Part shown: positions 20,307 to 29,996 of the stretch, in pieces
Numbering within the stretch: the stretch's first letter is position 1
Layout: each line of letters begins with the position of its first letter
IMG/VR virus record: IMGVR_UViG_3300044630_001132
Span: 1-56,081 of that record
From: a virus
Lineage: Duplodnaviria > Caudoviricetes
DNA: 56,081 nucleotides
Reading direction: 5' to 3' (one strand)
Program-made: the position numbers and the translations under genes
Notes under the pieces: model-generated
What the model was told of the DNA's origin: nothing
What the model saw: only the letters and a program-made list of their open reading frames with translations
The model's database searches: none

Positions 20307-22247
20307 CTATTTAGTAATATCAACTATTTCGCAAACCCCAGCAACGCAAGACAATTCTTGTGTTCCAGTAGTTCCGTCCTCTTTTTCGTAAATAGAAAGC
20401 ATTTCCCATTGAATATTTGAAGGTGATTTCTTTACCCATTCTTCATATTCATCTTTAGTAATTTCTTGATATGGGGCTTGCTTGTAAGTATGCTCACTTG
20501 CTGGTAAGAAAGATACGCCACCAATTGAATCAAAGTTATCATAAACCCATGCACCTACTCTTAACCACTCATCTTCATGAACGTTTATAGTTACGCTTGG
20601 ATTATGTTCTGTCCAATATGTCCTATATGTTTTCCACATTTCTAGATGATCTATGGCTGTTAAATCTTTTGTTACAGTTGCATTTTTTGGAGCCTTTTGA
20701 GGAAAGTAGAATACAGTTGTTTCTTCTGGCTTCATAAAATCAGGTTCTGATGCAACTCCTGAATCTTTTAAAAATTGTGTTAATGGATCTTTATTATCTC
20801 CACGAACACTTCTTAAGTAGTATTCTGAATACCACGGATGGATACCGCTTGACACCCCGACCAATTGACTTACAGTACCAGATGGTTTAACACAAGTAAT
20901 AGATACGGAAGGATTAATGTTTAGTTTCTTTGCTTCGTTTTCATTAATCTTTACAGACTCTAATCTCATATCAGTCAATAACTGTTCTAATGCTTTTCCT
21001 GGAGTAGAGGTTATCTTATTTCCATAAATACCTGTTAGTGAAACTCCAAGCAATCTTTCTTCTTCACAATTATCTTTCCATGTCTTACGAAGATATTTAA
21101 AATTAGTCAAGGTTGATTGCCATGTTCCAAGTATTGTTGCAAGTCTTACCTTTTCTAATAAATCATCTCTTGTATCTTCTGCAGAGATAACAATCTCTGT
21201 TAAATTACAAAATTCATTAGGTCTTAAAATAATTTCTCCACATGGATTTGTTCCAGCAATTAATTCTGAATCTCTACGACCAAAGGACTTAACGTGTTCA
21301 CGAACAGAGTTCATATTGTAAATTCCACGTTCTCCAGATTTTGATTCGTATAAGTTTCTCCACTCTCTTAAAAATTGAGCAGTATTTGGTTTGTTATGAT
21401 ATACGGCTGAGTTATTTGCAAGTGCACGTTGTGGTTGCGTTTCCCACCATTGACCACTTTTTGCTTTTGCCATTTCAAAATCATCTAAGTTAGAAAGTGA
21501 TATTAATGCAGATCGGCGTACTCCACCTACTACAACTACCTCTCCAACTTTACACATTAAGTCATGTGCTTCAACTGGCTTTAGTCTACGTCCAGAGGCA
21601 TTTTTAAATGTGTCTACTGTAAATGTAAATAATGCACTAAGAGGTCCTGGTCCAGATGCACGACCACCAAATGTTTTTAGTCTTGCTCCTGCTGGGCGAA
21701 CTTTTGACATATCCCATTGAGGAACCTGACCTTGTGATAGCAATGCAATTAATTCTTTAAAACCTTTAGCCCATCCAAGTTTAGAATCTTCTACAACAAT
21801 AGTTGTTGCAGTTTGATTAAATGATTCTGCAATTATTGGTAGTTCATCGGTATACTTTGATTCAACACTAAAGCCAACGCCTGTTCCATTCATTAATACA
21901 TACATTGCTTCATCAAATGCACGAAGACTATCTACTGCAATAAAAGAACAGTTATACGCTGCAATGTGATCACGTTCTAGTGCTGGTCCTGCTGTCATCA
22001 ATGCTCTCATAGAAGGCATAATTTTGTGATGCAAGATTGCATCTTTAACTTCATCAAATATTTTTGCATTTGGACTATATCCATAGTTTAATACTAAGAA
22101 GTCCTTCATAAAGTTTACATACCTATCTACAGTTTCTACCCAGGTTTCTCTACGACCTTTTTCTTCGGTCCACCTTGCGTATCTTGATATATGAATAAAG
22201 TTTTTGTATGGATCTGTTATTGATCCGTTTTCGTTAATAAATGACAT
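20307..22247 (-). CDS. nrdJ: Class II (adenosylcobalamin-dependent) ribonucleotide reductase
   Basis: MPSMRALMTAG, YNCSF, GGVRRSA, TNPCGE, TCVKPSGT motifs and C-terminal CVAGVC; no small-subunit gene adjacent. Confidence 0.93.
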   Translation of the reverse strand: MSFINENGSITDPYKNFIHISRYARWTEEKGRRETWVETVDRYVNFMKDFLVLNYGYSPNAKIFDEVKDAILHHKIMPSMRALMTAGPALERDHIAAYNCSFIAVDSLRAFDEAMYVLMNGTGVGFSVESKYTDELPIIAESFNQTATTIVVEDSKLGWAKGFKELIALLSQGQVPQWDMSKVRPAGARLKTFGGRASGPGPLSALFTFTVDTFKNASGRRLKPVEAHDLMCKVGEVVVVGGVRRSALISLSNLDDFEMAKAKSGQWWETQPQRALANNSAVYHNKPNTAQFLREWRNLYESKSGERGIYNMNSVREHVKSFGRRDSELIAGTNPCGEIILRPNEFCNLTEIVISAEDTRDDLLEKVRLATILGTWQSTLTNFKYLRKTWKDNCEEERLLGVSLTGIYGNKITSTPGKALEQLLTDMRLESVKINENEAKKLNINPSVSITCVKPSGTVSQLVGVSSGIHPWYSEYYLRSVRGDNKDPLTQFLKDSGVASEPDFMKPEETTVFYFPQKAPKNATVTKDLTAIDHLEMWKTYRTYWTEHNPSVTINVHEDEWLRVGAWVYDNFDSIGGVSFLPASEHTYKQAPYQEITKDEYEEWVKKSPSNIQWEMLSIYEKEDGTTGTQELSCVAGVCEIVDITK

Positions 22248-22290
22248 TAAAAATTACAACTCCTAGTTTTTGATTTTGTGGGATAATAGT

Positions 22291-22319
22291 ATTCTACACG
22301 AGTTTATGAGGAAGGTCAA
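22291..22319 (-). promoter_or_regulatory. sigma70/SigA-type promoter for nrdJ
   Basis: TTGACC-17 nt-TAGAAT. Confidence 0.65.
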
Positions 22320-22322
22320 TAG

Positions 22323-22544
22323 ATGTTATCAGTACAAGAGGTAACTTTTTATAATGATTTAGTTAATAAAGGAATTGTGGGCAAAATTAATTGTCCTTTT
22401 GATTTAGATGATATTGTTGTTACAAAAGTTAACTCTGAAGATAAGGTTTACTTTGAATGTATTAGTTGTAATACAATATTTTATCCAGGTATCAAAGTTA
22501 TCAACACTATTAAAACTACAATTAGTAAGTTTAAATCTAATTAA
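22323..22544 (+). CDS. Small putative Zn-binding protein
   Basis: 73 aa with CPFD...CISC; RBS-like GAAGG upstream. Confidence 0.6.
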   Translation: MLSVQEVTFYNDLVNKGIVGKINCPFDLDDIVVTKVNSEDKVYFECISCNTIFYPGIKVINTIKTTISKFKSN

Positions 22545-22576
22545 TTATCACCAAAATAACATATTGTTATAAATAG

Positions 22577-22605
22577 TTGATTTTCTGGAATAAAAGGGTT
22601 ATACT
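22577..22605 (+). promoter_or_regulatory. SigA-type promoter for transglycosylase
   Basis: TTGATT-17 nt-TATACT, then RBS AAGGAGG. Confidence 0.55.
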
Positions 22606-22643
22606 AGTATAGTCACTAAATTGTTTCTTCAAGGAGGTAACTT

Positions 22644-23153
22644 ATGAAGAAAGCATTATTAGCATTGTTAGCATTTATTGTTGTAGGAACATATACAAAT
22701 CGACTGGATAGTTTATTAATTCAATACCCTGCAGAGCCATTAGTGGTCGTCCCAGAAGGACAGACCACTTCAAGTGTTTTAGGGGCCGTACAGGCCGCTA
22801 GAGAGGCTTATAGCACCACTGCAGCAAGATCTAGGGCTAAGTTTGAAAACCCTAAATCAAAACCTGCAATTGCTGCTTATCAAGAGTATTTAAAAGACAT
22901 AGTACCTGAAAATGAAGAGTCCTGTTACTTTGAAATTATTGACAGAGAAAGCGACTGGAATCCACTTGCTCAAAACCCTAAATCAACAGCATTTGGGATT
23001 GGTCAATTTTTAAATAGCACTTGGAAATTGGTAGACTATAAAAAGACTAAAGATCCATACGATCAAATTGATGCAATGGTTTTATATGTTAAATTAATCT
23101 ATGGCGATGGATGCAATGCTTGGCATTTTAAAAGCCATCATGGTTGGTATTAA
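22644..23153 (+). CDS. Lytic transglycosylase (SLT/lysozyme-like) with N-terminal signal/anchor
   Basis: Hydrophobic N-terminus; IIDRESDWNPLAQNPKSTAFGIGQF (catalytic ES, GxxQ) and YG..CNAW.F....GWY. Confidence 0.85.
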   Translation: MKKALLALLAFIVVGTYTNRLDSLLIQYPAEPLVVVPEGQTTSSVLGAVQAAREAYSTTAARSRAKFENPKSKPAIAAYQEYLKDIVPENEESCYFEIIDRESDWNPLAQNPKSTAFGIGQFLNSTWKLVDYKKTKDPYDQIDAMVLYVKLIYGDGCNAWHFKSHHGWY

Positions 23154-24241
23154 AGTTCTCTAATCTCTCTATAAACTTCATCCCAGTCTTTTCCTCTTGA
23201 CTCCATGGTATGAAATTCTTTTACTAATTTATAGTTGTTTTGTCGCTCAATATTTCTTGTTTTAGGATTCTTCAAATCTTCTAAATGAGATAACCATTGA
23301 TCTTCGGTTTTTGCAACTCTTCCAATTCCGTATTCTTTATGAAGGTATGAATACTCTTCCATATCTTCAGCAATAAATGGAACCCCTGCTGCTGCATATT
23401 CAAGACCTTTAATAAATGATTTGGCACGATTAAACTCAACTTCATTTAATGGTACTAGCCCAATATCCATTCTTCTAAACAATTCACCGTAGGTTAAGAT
23501 TGGCTTCATTGGCTGAGATGAAAAGTTTTTAATAGGGATTCCCATTTGTTCTTGAACTGTTGGTGCATTTATAATTGATCCAGAGTGATGGAATCTAAGT
23601 TTGTTATCTTCTATGTATTTGCCAACAAAAGGATTCAGTGTTTCTAAATCGTTTGAACGCCAAGGTGTGGCACCAACCCAACCAACTGTTGGAAACAGCC
23701 CAGAGTTATCTTTTCTCATTTTAAAATATTGTGTGTCTACGCCATTTCTAACAAGGTAGATTGGCTTATTGGGATACTTTTCTTTATAGTAATTATGTAA
23801 AAATGGGGTTGAAGTTATTAAAGCGTCTGCTAAGTCCATCGATCTAAAATAGTGTTCTCTATTATTTTTTGCATTAGTCTTTGGATCTGTTGCTGTATAT
23901 GCCATATTGGTTGGTTCTAATCCTGCATGATGATCATCAATATCTATAACTATTTTTTGACCTATTGTTTGTGCTTTTTCTATATTATCAACTATGCTAT
24001 CTAACATCATTAGTTTTAATACAACAATTTCCCAACCATGTACCGCTTTTTGTTCAGGTATTAATAATCCAAATCCATGTTCTGGGTGAAAGCCAGGAAA
24101 TCCCATTCCAACTTCCCAGTCTTTTTTCTTTAACTCTTCCATTGGAAGAAAGCATCTGTACCATGCACATCCATTAGGTTGTAGCGGTTTAGTTCCCCAT
24201 GACCAATCATAGGTCAAATAACAAAGGGTAGGTTTTGACAT
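23150..24241 (-). CDS. Glycosyltransferase (GT-B, GT4-like)
   Basis: WYRC..P, DIDD, VGWVG and DIGLVPL...FNRAKSFIKGLEYAAAGVPFIA motifs. Confidence 0.88.
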   Translation of the reverse strand: MSKPTLCYLTYDWSWGTKPLQPNGCAWYRCFLPMEELKKKDWEVGMGFPGFHPEHGFGLLIPEQKAVHGWEIVVLKLMMLDSIVDNIEKAQTIGQKIVIDIDDHHAGLEPTNMAYTATDPKTNAKNNREHYFRSMDLADALITSTPFLHNYYKEKYPNKPIYLVRNGVDTQYFKMRKDNSGLFPTVGWVGATPWRSNDLETLNPFVGKYIEDNKLRFHHSGSIINAPTVQEQMGIPIKNFSSQPMKPILTYGELFRRMDIGLVPLNEVEFNRAKSFIKGLEYAAAGVPFIAEDMEEYSYLHKEYGIGRVAKTEDQWLSHLEDLKNPKTRNIERQNNYKLVKEFHTMESRGKDWDEVYREIREL

Positions 24242-24264
24242 TATTCTCTTTCTTTAATTCAATA

Positions 24265-24293
24265 AGTATATCAGTACAAATATTTAGTGTCAA
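24265..24293 (-). promoter_or_regulatory. SigA-type promoter for glycosyltransferase
   Basis: TTGACA-17 nt-TATACT with a TG extension. Confidence 0.75.
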
Positions 24294-25145
24294 CTATCTT
24301 GTTAAGTATCTAATAACAACTATTCCTGAACCACCATTTCCACCTAAACCGTTTCCTTCAACATCGTTTAGGCCTCCTCCACCACCTGATCCAGTATTTG
24401 CAGAAGCAGATTGTCCTTGACCACCAGCAGTTGCACCTCCACCACCGCCTCCAAGTCCACCACCAATAGGAGAATTATGTCCATTTCCGCCACCGCCACC
24501 ACCTGCATAAGCAATAGGGGATCCAGTTCTAAGAGAATTATTTATTGAAGAACCACCAGTAGATCCTGCACCATATTGGCTACCAACTGCATCAGGCTCA
24601 CTACCTGCACCTCCACCACCACGTCCACCTCTTCCACCACCTCTTGAACCAGGTGCACCATGTCCTTGTCCAACTATTCCTGTGCCACTTGGTCCACCAC
24701 CAGAACCACCATTAGCAGCAGTAAGATCGCCTCTATTGCCACCACCTCCACCTGTAGCGGTTAGTCCATTAAATATAGAATTTCCACCATTTCCTGCTTG
24801 TAAACTTCCAGCACTTCCTTGTGTTCCACCATTACCAACAGTGATTGTGTAAGATGCTGGTAAGAGTTTAGTAAAAGAACCAACTAAGTAACCTCCTGCT
24901 CCACCACCACCGCCACCAGTTTCATTGTTTGATCCACCACCACCACCGCCGCCAGCAAGAATAAAGTATTCACAATCACCACCAGATGTAACAATAAATT
25001 GTGAAGTTCCTGTAAATGTATGAACTGTATAATCTATATTATTTAATGTGTAATAAGTTATTTCGCCACCAGTGGCCATAAATCTCATTCTTTGTTGTTT
25101 TCTTTGTAGCCCTAGATTACCTCTAATGCTATTTATAAAAGGCAT
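24294..25145 (-). CDS. Glycine-rich adhesin-like protein 1
   Basis: ATGG...YTVHTFT...AGGGGGG...GGSGIVVIRY architecture shared with seven other ORFs here. Confidence 0.8.
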   Translation of the reverse strand: MPFINSIRGNLGLQRKQQRMRFMATGGEITYYTLNNIDYTVHTFTGTSQFIVTSGGDCEYFILAGGGGGGGSNNETGGGGGGAGGYLVGSFTKLLPASYTITVGNGGTQGSAGSLQAGNGGNSIFNGLTATGGGGGNRGDLTAANGGSGGGPSGTGIVGQGHGAPGSRGGGRGGRGGGGAGSEPDAVGSQYGAGSTGGSSINNSLRTGSPIAYAGGGGGGNGHNSPIGGGLGGGGGGATAGGQGQSASANTGSGGGGGLNDVEGNGLGGNGGSGIVVIRYLTR

Positions 25146-25154
25146 TTAAACTCC

Positions 25155-25712
25155 TTAAAAATTAAGATTTGAACTGCCTAAAACAATCCAAGCACTTGAT
25201 TTTCTTATAAAGGTAAAGTTATAAAAATCTATTTTTCCAGCACTACTTGTTGGTGATGGGTTTGTTCCAGTAGCCCACCTAATTGTTTGGTTTGCACCGT
25301 TAACACTTATTGAGTTTGGAAAATATCCAGTAGCACCTTGAACAACTGCTATAGATATTCCTGTTGATTTATCTTCTGTAGTTGGAAGATTAGTTAAAAT
25401 TACACCAAAGTTTGCTGATGGTGAAGAAACGTAATAGTTATTTGCTGTTGCAAAATCAACACTAACTGATCCAGACACTATTGACAATGTTGGAATTGAT
25501 TCAATTATTTCATTTACAGAAAAAAGACCATTAACTGTAACGTCCCCACTAAATGTTGAGTTTCCAGTAAAAGAAGAACTCCCAGAAACTGCTAAAGATG
25601 AAGCAGTTGTATGTTCATGAGGTGCAGGTTCACCAATTTAAGGAACCCAAGTATCTGTTGCAGAGTCATAAACTCTTGCTAATTTACCTACGCTATCATC
25701 TATAGTTGACAT
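25155..25712 (-). pseudogene. Fibre adapter (type 1) gene interrupted by one in-frame TAA
   Basis: AGGAG RBS and ATG 25712: MSTIDDSVGKLARVYDSATDTWVP*IGEPAPHEH..., continuing in frame into ORF 25155..25487. Stop at 25638-25640. C-terminal domain paralogous to 30785..31717 and 37314..37880. Confidence 0.7.
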
Positions 25713-25728
25713 TGTTTCTCCTTATTAA

Positions 25729-26049
25729 TTATACCACTGGGGTTATTTCAACCCATTCGGTATTCATCTCTTCCCAAACATAATATTTTCCTGGCTCATT
25801 TGGATATGCAATAGGTGCAACATATTCCCATTTATCTTCATCTAATATCCAAGAAGGGTATGGCTTAGGTGTTAAAAATTTTTCTAATTCTGTATTATAT
25901 GGATATCCTATAGCGGCAAAATTATTATGACTATATTCAACATATGAATATTCTGGATTTTGTGATTTAATAATTTCTATAAAATCATAATCACATACTA
26001 AAGTATCTTCAACAATATTTTCTGAATTAATTTTTGCCCAATTTGCCAT
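25729..26049 (-). CDS. Small acidic fibre-associated (chaperone-like) protein
   Basis: MANWAKIN...AAIGYPY...PKPYPSWILDE..W..PIAYP...Y.W; paralog of 32949..33317. Confidence 0.7.
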   Translation of the reverse strand: MANWAKINSENIVEDTLVCDYDFIEIIKSQNPEYSYVEYSHNNFAAIGYPYNTELEKFLTPKPYPSWILDEDKWEYVAPIAYPNEPGKYYVWEEMNTEWVEITPVV

Positions 26050-26780
26050 TATAGTACGTACCTTATAATTACTATTCCTGAAGAACCAGATCCACCTGGT
26101 GTATTTCTATTTTGATGATTTACTCTACCGCCGCCACCGCCACCTGATCCGTGACCAGATGCACTTCCTCCAGTACCATCACCGTTAATACCATTACCAC
26201 CGCCACCGACACCACCAGTTCCAGCACTGTGACCACAATCACCTTCATCTCTTCCTCCAGCACCGCCACCACCACCGTAATGAGTTCCTAAATAAAGTCT
26301 TCCAGGTCCACCATTTCTACTAGAAAAGGCTCCACCTGCTCCACCTCCACCAGGGCTGTTTGTAAAATTATCTGGAGACCCAGTTGTAGTTATTCCTCCA
26401 CCACCTGCAGAAATTGATAATCCAGTTCCTACAACACTAGATGTTCCACCTCCACTTTGAGTTCCACCTAAATTTCCTACTGCAACAGTGTATGAAGCAC
26501 CAGAAGAAACTGTAGCATTTGGAGTAAACTGAACACCTCCAGCACCTCCACCAGCACCACACTGACCATGTCCACCTCCAGCACCTCCACCGATAGCAAA
26601 TATTTCAACTACTCCACCAGTTATTACGTTAAAAGTAGATGTACTAGTAAAAGTATGAACTCTGTATCCACCAGAATCTGAAGTACTGCCACCAGTTGCA
26701 ACAACTTTAGCATACTTATTAACTCTGTTAGTTTTTGAATTATCACTAACTAATGTATTTCTAACTGATGTTACTGCCAT
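26049..26780 (-). CDS. Glycine-rich adhesin-like protein 2
   Basis: ATGG, YRVHTFT, poly-Gly runs, GIVIIRY end. Confidence 0.8.
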   Translation of the reverse strand: MAVTSVRNTLVSDNSKTNRVNKYAKVVATGGSTSDSGGYRVHTFTSTSTFNVITGGVVEIFAIGGGAGGGHGQCGAGGGAGGVQFTPNATVSSGASYTVAVGNLGGTQSGGGTSSVVGTGLSISAGGGGITTTGSPDNFTNSPGGGGAGGAFSSRNGGPGRLYLGTHYGGGGGAGGRDEGDCGHSAGTGGVGGGGNGINGDGTGGSASGHGSGGGGGGRVNHQNRNTPGGSGSSGIVIIRYVL

Positions 26781-27109
26781 TACGAAATCTCCGAACCAAA
26801 CAAACCAAATACTACAGAACCACTTGATGCTCTTACTGTTACAATATCACTTGAATCAAGTGTTAATCCAACTGTTATCATAGCAGTATCGTTTGCAGGT
26901 AAAGAAGCATCATAAGTAATATAATGTTGATTTGCTAATGTTACACCATTTGGTCTTACTGCAATTCTATATGTTGCAGCAGTTGCTGCAAGATTGCAAA
27001 TAGATATTGTTGAAACTACAGTTTCGGTTGAACCAGGTACTGTGTAAAGAGTTGTATCTGTTGTTGCTGTAGGATTTGATTGTCCTAATACTTTATAACT
27101 TCTAGCCAT
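26780..27109 (-). CDS. Small fibre adapter (type 2)
   Basis: YKVLGQSNP...TLYTVP...STISICN...FGSEIS; paralog of 34753..35088 and 45246..45815. Confidence 0.75.
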   Translation of the reverse strand: MARSYKVLGQSNPTATTDTTLYTVPGSTETVVSTISICNLAATAATYRIAVRPNGVTLANQHYITYDASLPANDTAMITVGLTLDSSDIVTVRASSGSVVFGLFGSEIS

Positions 27110-27754
27110 TTATGCCCCCATCATTAAAAATATGTCTTCCATGCCACTGCCGCCTTCAATTGCTATCCAGGCTGTACCGTTCCACACTAGTTGTTGATTT
27201 AACGCAGTGATATATACTATTGTACCAACAGTTGGAGATGGAATGTTGATATCTCTTGCTACTGTGCTTGCAAAAGCATTTATTCCTTTTTTAGCAATAA
27301 CGTTTCCAGAAATTGTTACATCTCCAGATACGCTTGCTGATAATGATCTAATTTCAGAATTTACAGTCAATGTGTCATAGGCTGTTGTTGGTGCAGAAAA
27401 AATGTGAGTTCCTGTCCAGGTGTAGTTTCTTCCTGTATCTACCTTTCCAGCAACTGCAAACCAAGTGTCAGTTCCCGCATCATACATGTATGCTGGCCTA
27501 CCTGTATCGTCTATGGTTGCATAAATTGCACTCCCAGATGGGGACACTGCTGTAGATGGAACGTTTGTTGCTGTTTTACTATATGTAAAAGTACTTGTTG
27601 TTGGAGTTCCTGTAACAGTATAGGATCCATTAAATGTTGAGTCTACACCACTAATTGTGATATATGTTCCATTGGTTAAACTATGGCTTGCTGACGTTGT
27701 AAGTGTTGCCACATTATCTGTAAGTTGTTTATTTGTAACTAATCTTAAAGGCAT
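27110..27754 (-). CDS. Fibre/anchor protein
   Basis: Thr-rich beta domain, RPAYMY..W motif, C-terminal DIFLMMGA. Confidence 0.7.
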   Translation of the reverse strand: MPLRLVTNKQLTDNVATLTTSASHSLTNGTYITISGVDSTFNGSYTVTGTPTTSTFTYSKTATNVPSTAVSPSGSAIYATIDDTGRPAYMYDAGTDTWFAVAGKVDTGRNYTWTGTHIFSAPTTAYDTLTVNSEIRSLSASVSGDVTISGNVIAKKGINAFASTVARDINIPSPTVGTIVYITALNQQLVWNGTAWIAIEGGSGMEDIFLMMGA

Positions 27755-27787
27755 TTTATAAGCCCCCCATGTTTTTAATTATAACAT

Positions 27788-27818
27788 AAAAAAGGAGGTT
27801 GCCGCTTGGACAACCCCC
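27788..27818 (-). terminator. Intrinsic terminator after holin-like gene
   Basis: GGGGGTTGTC-CAAGC-GGCAACCTCC followed by TTTTTT. Confidence 0.8.
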
Positions 27819-27834
27819 TAATTTAGTTAAATAT

Positions 27835-28080
27835 CTATTTCTTTTTCTTTACAGCAACCTTTTCTGCTACTGCACCAAATCCGAATTTGGTATCTTTTGG
27901 ATTAGCGGCACGGATTACAACCCATGCTGCTGCTGCAACTGCTGAGTTTAGGATTGTTCCTAATGCGTCACCAGTTAAAGCGGATACGTCTGCACCTGAA
28001 TCAACGAATTGAGTTACTAGTGCGATTACAAAGGCGTTCAATGCTGAACTAAGAACCTTCTTGTTTAGTACTGTTTCCAT
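27835..28080 (-). CDS. Holin-like small membrane protein
   Basis: 81 aa, two hydrophobic segments, RAANPKD.KFG motif, basic C-terminus KKKK, RBS AAGGAGG. Confidence 0.6.
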   Translation of the reverse strand: METVLNKKVLSSALNAFVIALVTQFVDSGADVSALTGDALGTILNSAVAAAAWVVIRAANPKDTKFGFGAVAEKVAVKKKK

Positions 28081-28108
28081 TATTGTCCTCCTTTAAGAAC
28101 ATAGGTAA

Positions 28109-28137
28109 ATTATACACGTATTAACTGTGGGTGTCAA
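28109..28137 (-). promoter_or_regulatory. Consensus SigA promoter for holin-like gene
   Basis: TTGACA-17 nt-TATAAT. Confidence 0.85.
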
Positions 28138-28149
28138 ATTAAGTATTTA

Positions 28150-28178
28150 TTGACTGGATAAGGATATGTTGATATACT
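28150..28178 (+). promoter_or_regulatory. SigA promoter giving a leaderless carbamoyltransferase mRNA
   Basis: TTGACT-17 nt-TATACT; ATG 6 nt downstream; no RBS. Confidence 0.75.
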
Positions 28179-28184
28179 TGTCAA

Positions 28185-29735
28185 ATGCTAATTCTTGGTG
28201 TAAGTTCTATGCACGATAGTTCTGTTGCTATAGTAGAAGATGGCAAAATAAAAGACTTTTATAAAGAGGAGCGATTTACTGGAATTAAAAGAGACATGTA
28301 TCCTTGGAAGTCTCTAGATATAGTAAGAAATAAATATGTTAATAGTATAGATCATATAGTAGTTGCTAACCCATTTTATAATAACTATGATAGTTATCTA
28401 TCTACATACCTTTCAAAAATGTATTCACAAGATGTATTAAGTCTTTCTCATCTACATCACCAGCAACATGCTGCTTTAGCATTTTATAATAGTGGGTTTG
28501 AAAAAAGCCTAGTAATAATAATTGATAGAAATGGATCTTACGTAAATAACAAAGGTCATGAATGTGAAAGTGTTTTAGTAGCAGAATATCCAAGTGTATT
28601 TAAAACCTTGCACAAAAGATACTGGGATAATAATGGTTTAGGAATTGTAAAGGTATATGAATCAGCAACTACTCTTATTGGCCAGCATCCTTTAGAAAAT
28701 GGAAAAACTATGGGACTATCCTCGTATGGAAATCCATCTAAATCAGATGATTTCTTTTATGAAGATGGCAAAGTTAAGAATCATCTTTTTGAAGGTTTAC
28801 TTATGGATAGGTTTGACACAAGTGTGTCTATATTAAAAAAGAATAAAAACATTAGAGTAGATGGTGTTACAAAAGAAAACTACCAGCCCTATGCTGATTA
28901 TGCACACCAGGTACAAAAACAAACACAAGAACAAGTCTTAAAACTTATAAAAAAATTTACCAAAGAGACTGGGATTAAAAATGTTTGTATTACTGGTGGA
29001 TATGCTTTAAATGTAATAGCAAATAATTACTACCTTGAAAATTGTGAAGATATAAACTTTTATTTTGAGCCAATTGCTGATGATAGTGGAAACAGCATTG
29101 GTGCTGCAATGAACGTTTATAGAGATATGACCCTAGACAAGTCTATACACCCTCTAGAAGACACTTTTTTTCAAGGATTTGAGTATAACCTACCTTTTGA
29201 TACAGTAGACGTTTCATATGCAGATATTGTTAAAAACTTACTAGATCAAAAAACTATTGGTGTCTTTAATGGAAAGTCTGAGGCTGGACCAAGAGCCCTT
29301 GGAAATAGATCAATACTTTTTGACCCAAGAAATAAAGATGGTAAAGATATTGTAAACAAAATAAAAAATAGAGAATGGTATAGACCATTTGGTGCTGTAA
29401 TGCTAGAAGAAGATTTTCAAGAATACTTTTACACTAATGGAGATGCTAAGAATGAATATATGACTGTTGCCTATAAATGTAAAGAAGGGGCATCTTCTAT
29501 GATTCCATCTGTTGTTCATGTTGATAATACATCTAGAATTCAAACGGTTAGTTCAGGTCATATCTATGAATTGTTAAAGGAATTTAAAAAGAATACTGGA
29601 ATAGGGGTACTATTAAATACTAGTTTTAATACGGCAGGAATGCCATTAGTTGAAACTCCAGAAGAGGCTATTAATGTATTAAGATCTACAGCGTTAGATG
29701 CTATTTGGTTTCCTCAAAAAGGATTATTGGTTTAA
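28185..29735 (+). CDS. Carbamoyltransferase (NodU/CmcH family)
   Basis: HDSS, EERF, HHxxHA, GKTMGLSSYG, GGYALN, GPRALGNRS, REWYRPF, HVDNTSRIQTV and LNTSFN motifs. Confidence 0.93.
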   Translation: MLILGVSSMHDSSVAIVEDGKIKDFYKEERFTGIKRDMYPWKSLDIVRNKYVNSIDHIVVANPFYNNYDSYLSTYLSKMYSQDVLSLSHLHHQQHAALAFYNSGFEKSLVIIIDRNGSYVNNKGHECESVLVAEYPSVFKTLHKRYWDNNGLGIVKVYESATTLIGQHPLENGKTMGLSSYGNPSKSDDFFYEDGKVKNHLFEGLLMDRFDTSVSILKKNKNIRVDGVTKENYQPYADYAHQVQKQTQEQVLKLIKKFTKETGIKNVCITGGYALNVIANNYYLENCEDINFYFEPIADDSGNSIGAAMNVYRDMTLDKSIHPLEDTFFQGFEYNLPFDTVDVSYADIVKNLLDQKTIGVFNGKSEAGPRALGNRSILFDPRNKDGKDIVNKIKNREWYRPFGAVMLEEDFQEYFYTNGDAKNEYMTVAYKCKEGASSMIPSVVHVDNTSRIQTVSSGHIYELLKEFKKNTGIGVLLNTSFNTAGMPLVETPEEAINVLRSTALDAIWFPQKGLLV

Positions 29736-29987
29736 TTATTCTTCAATAATTTCAATATCTTGAATAAATTCTGGGTCTAAAAATTGTCCATATCCAGATA
29801 AAAATAGTTCTTCAGCCTTTGATTCATCAATATCATATTCTTTTTCACATACATACATATCATTAGATTCATCTACTTCAAAATCAAATGGACTTATAAA
29901 GGTTGAATAATGAGTTTCACTATCTACTTTTTTTACAACCCCGATAGTTTCTTCAATAGGGTTTAGTGGTTTAAATTTATAGTTCAT
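29736..29987 (-). CDS. Small acidic hypothetical protein
   Basis: 83 aa, RBS AAGGA, directly after a Gly-rich gene. Confidence 0.65.
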   Translation of the reverse strand: MNYKFKPLNPIEETIGVVKKVDSETHYSTFISPFDFEVDESNDMYVCEKEYDIDESKAEELFLSGYGQFLDPEFIQDIEIIEE

Positions 29988-29996
29988 ATATTTTCC

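Noticed and set aside
22248-22322. Cobalamin riboswitch or NrdR box upstream of nrdJ
   Set aside because: The intergenic space is only 75 nt and lacks the consensus elements.
25638-25640. Stop-codon reassignment explaining the internal TAA
   Set aside because: TAA and TAG terminate many genes normally and long ORFs are intact under code 11.
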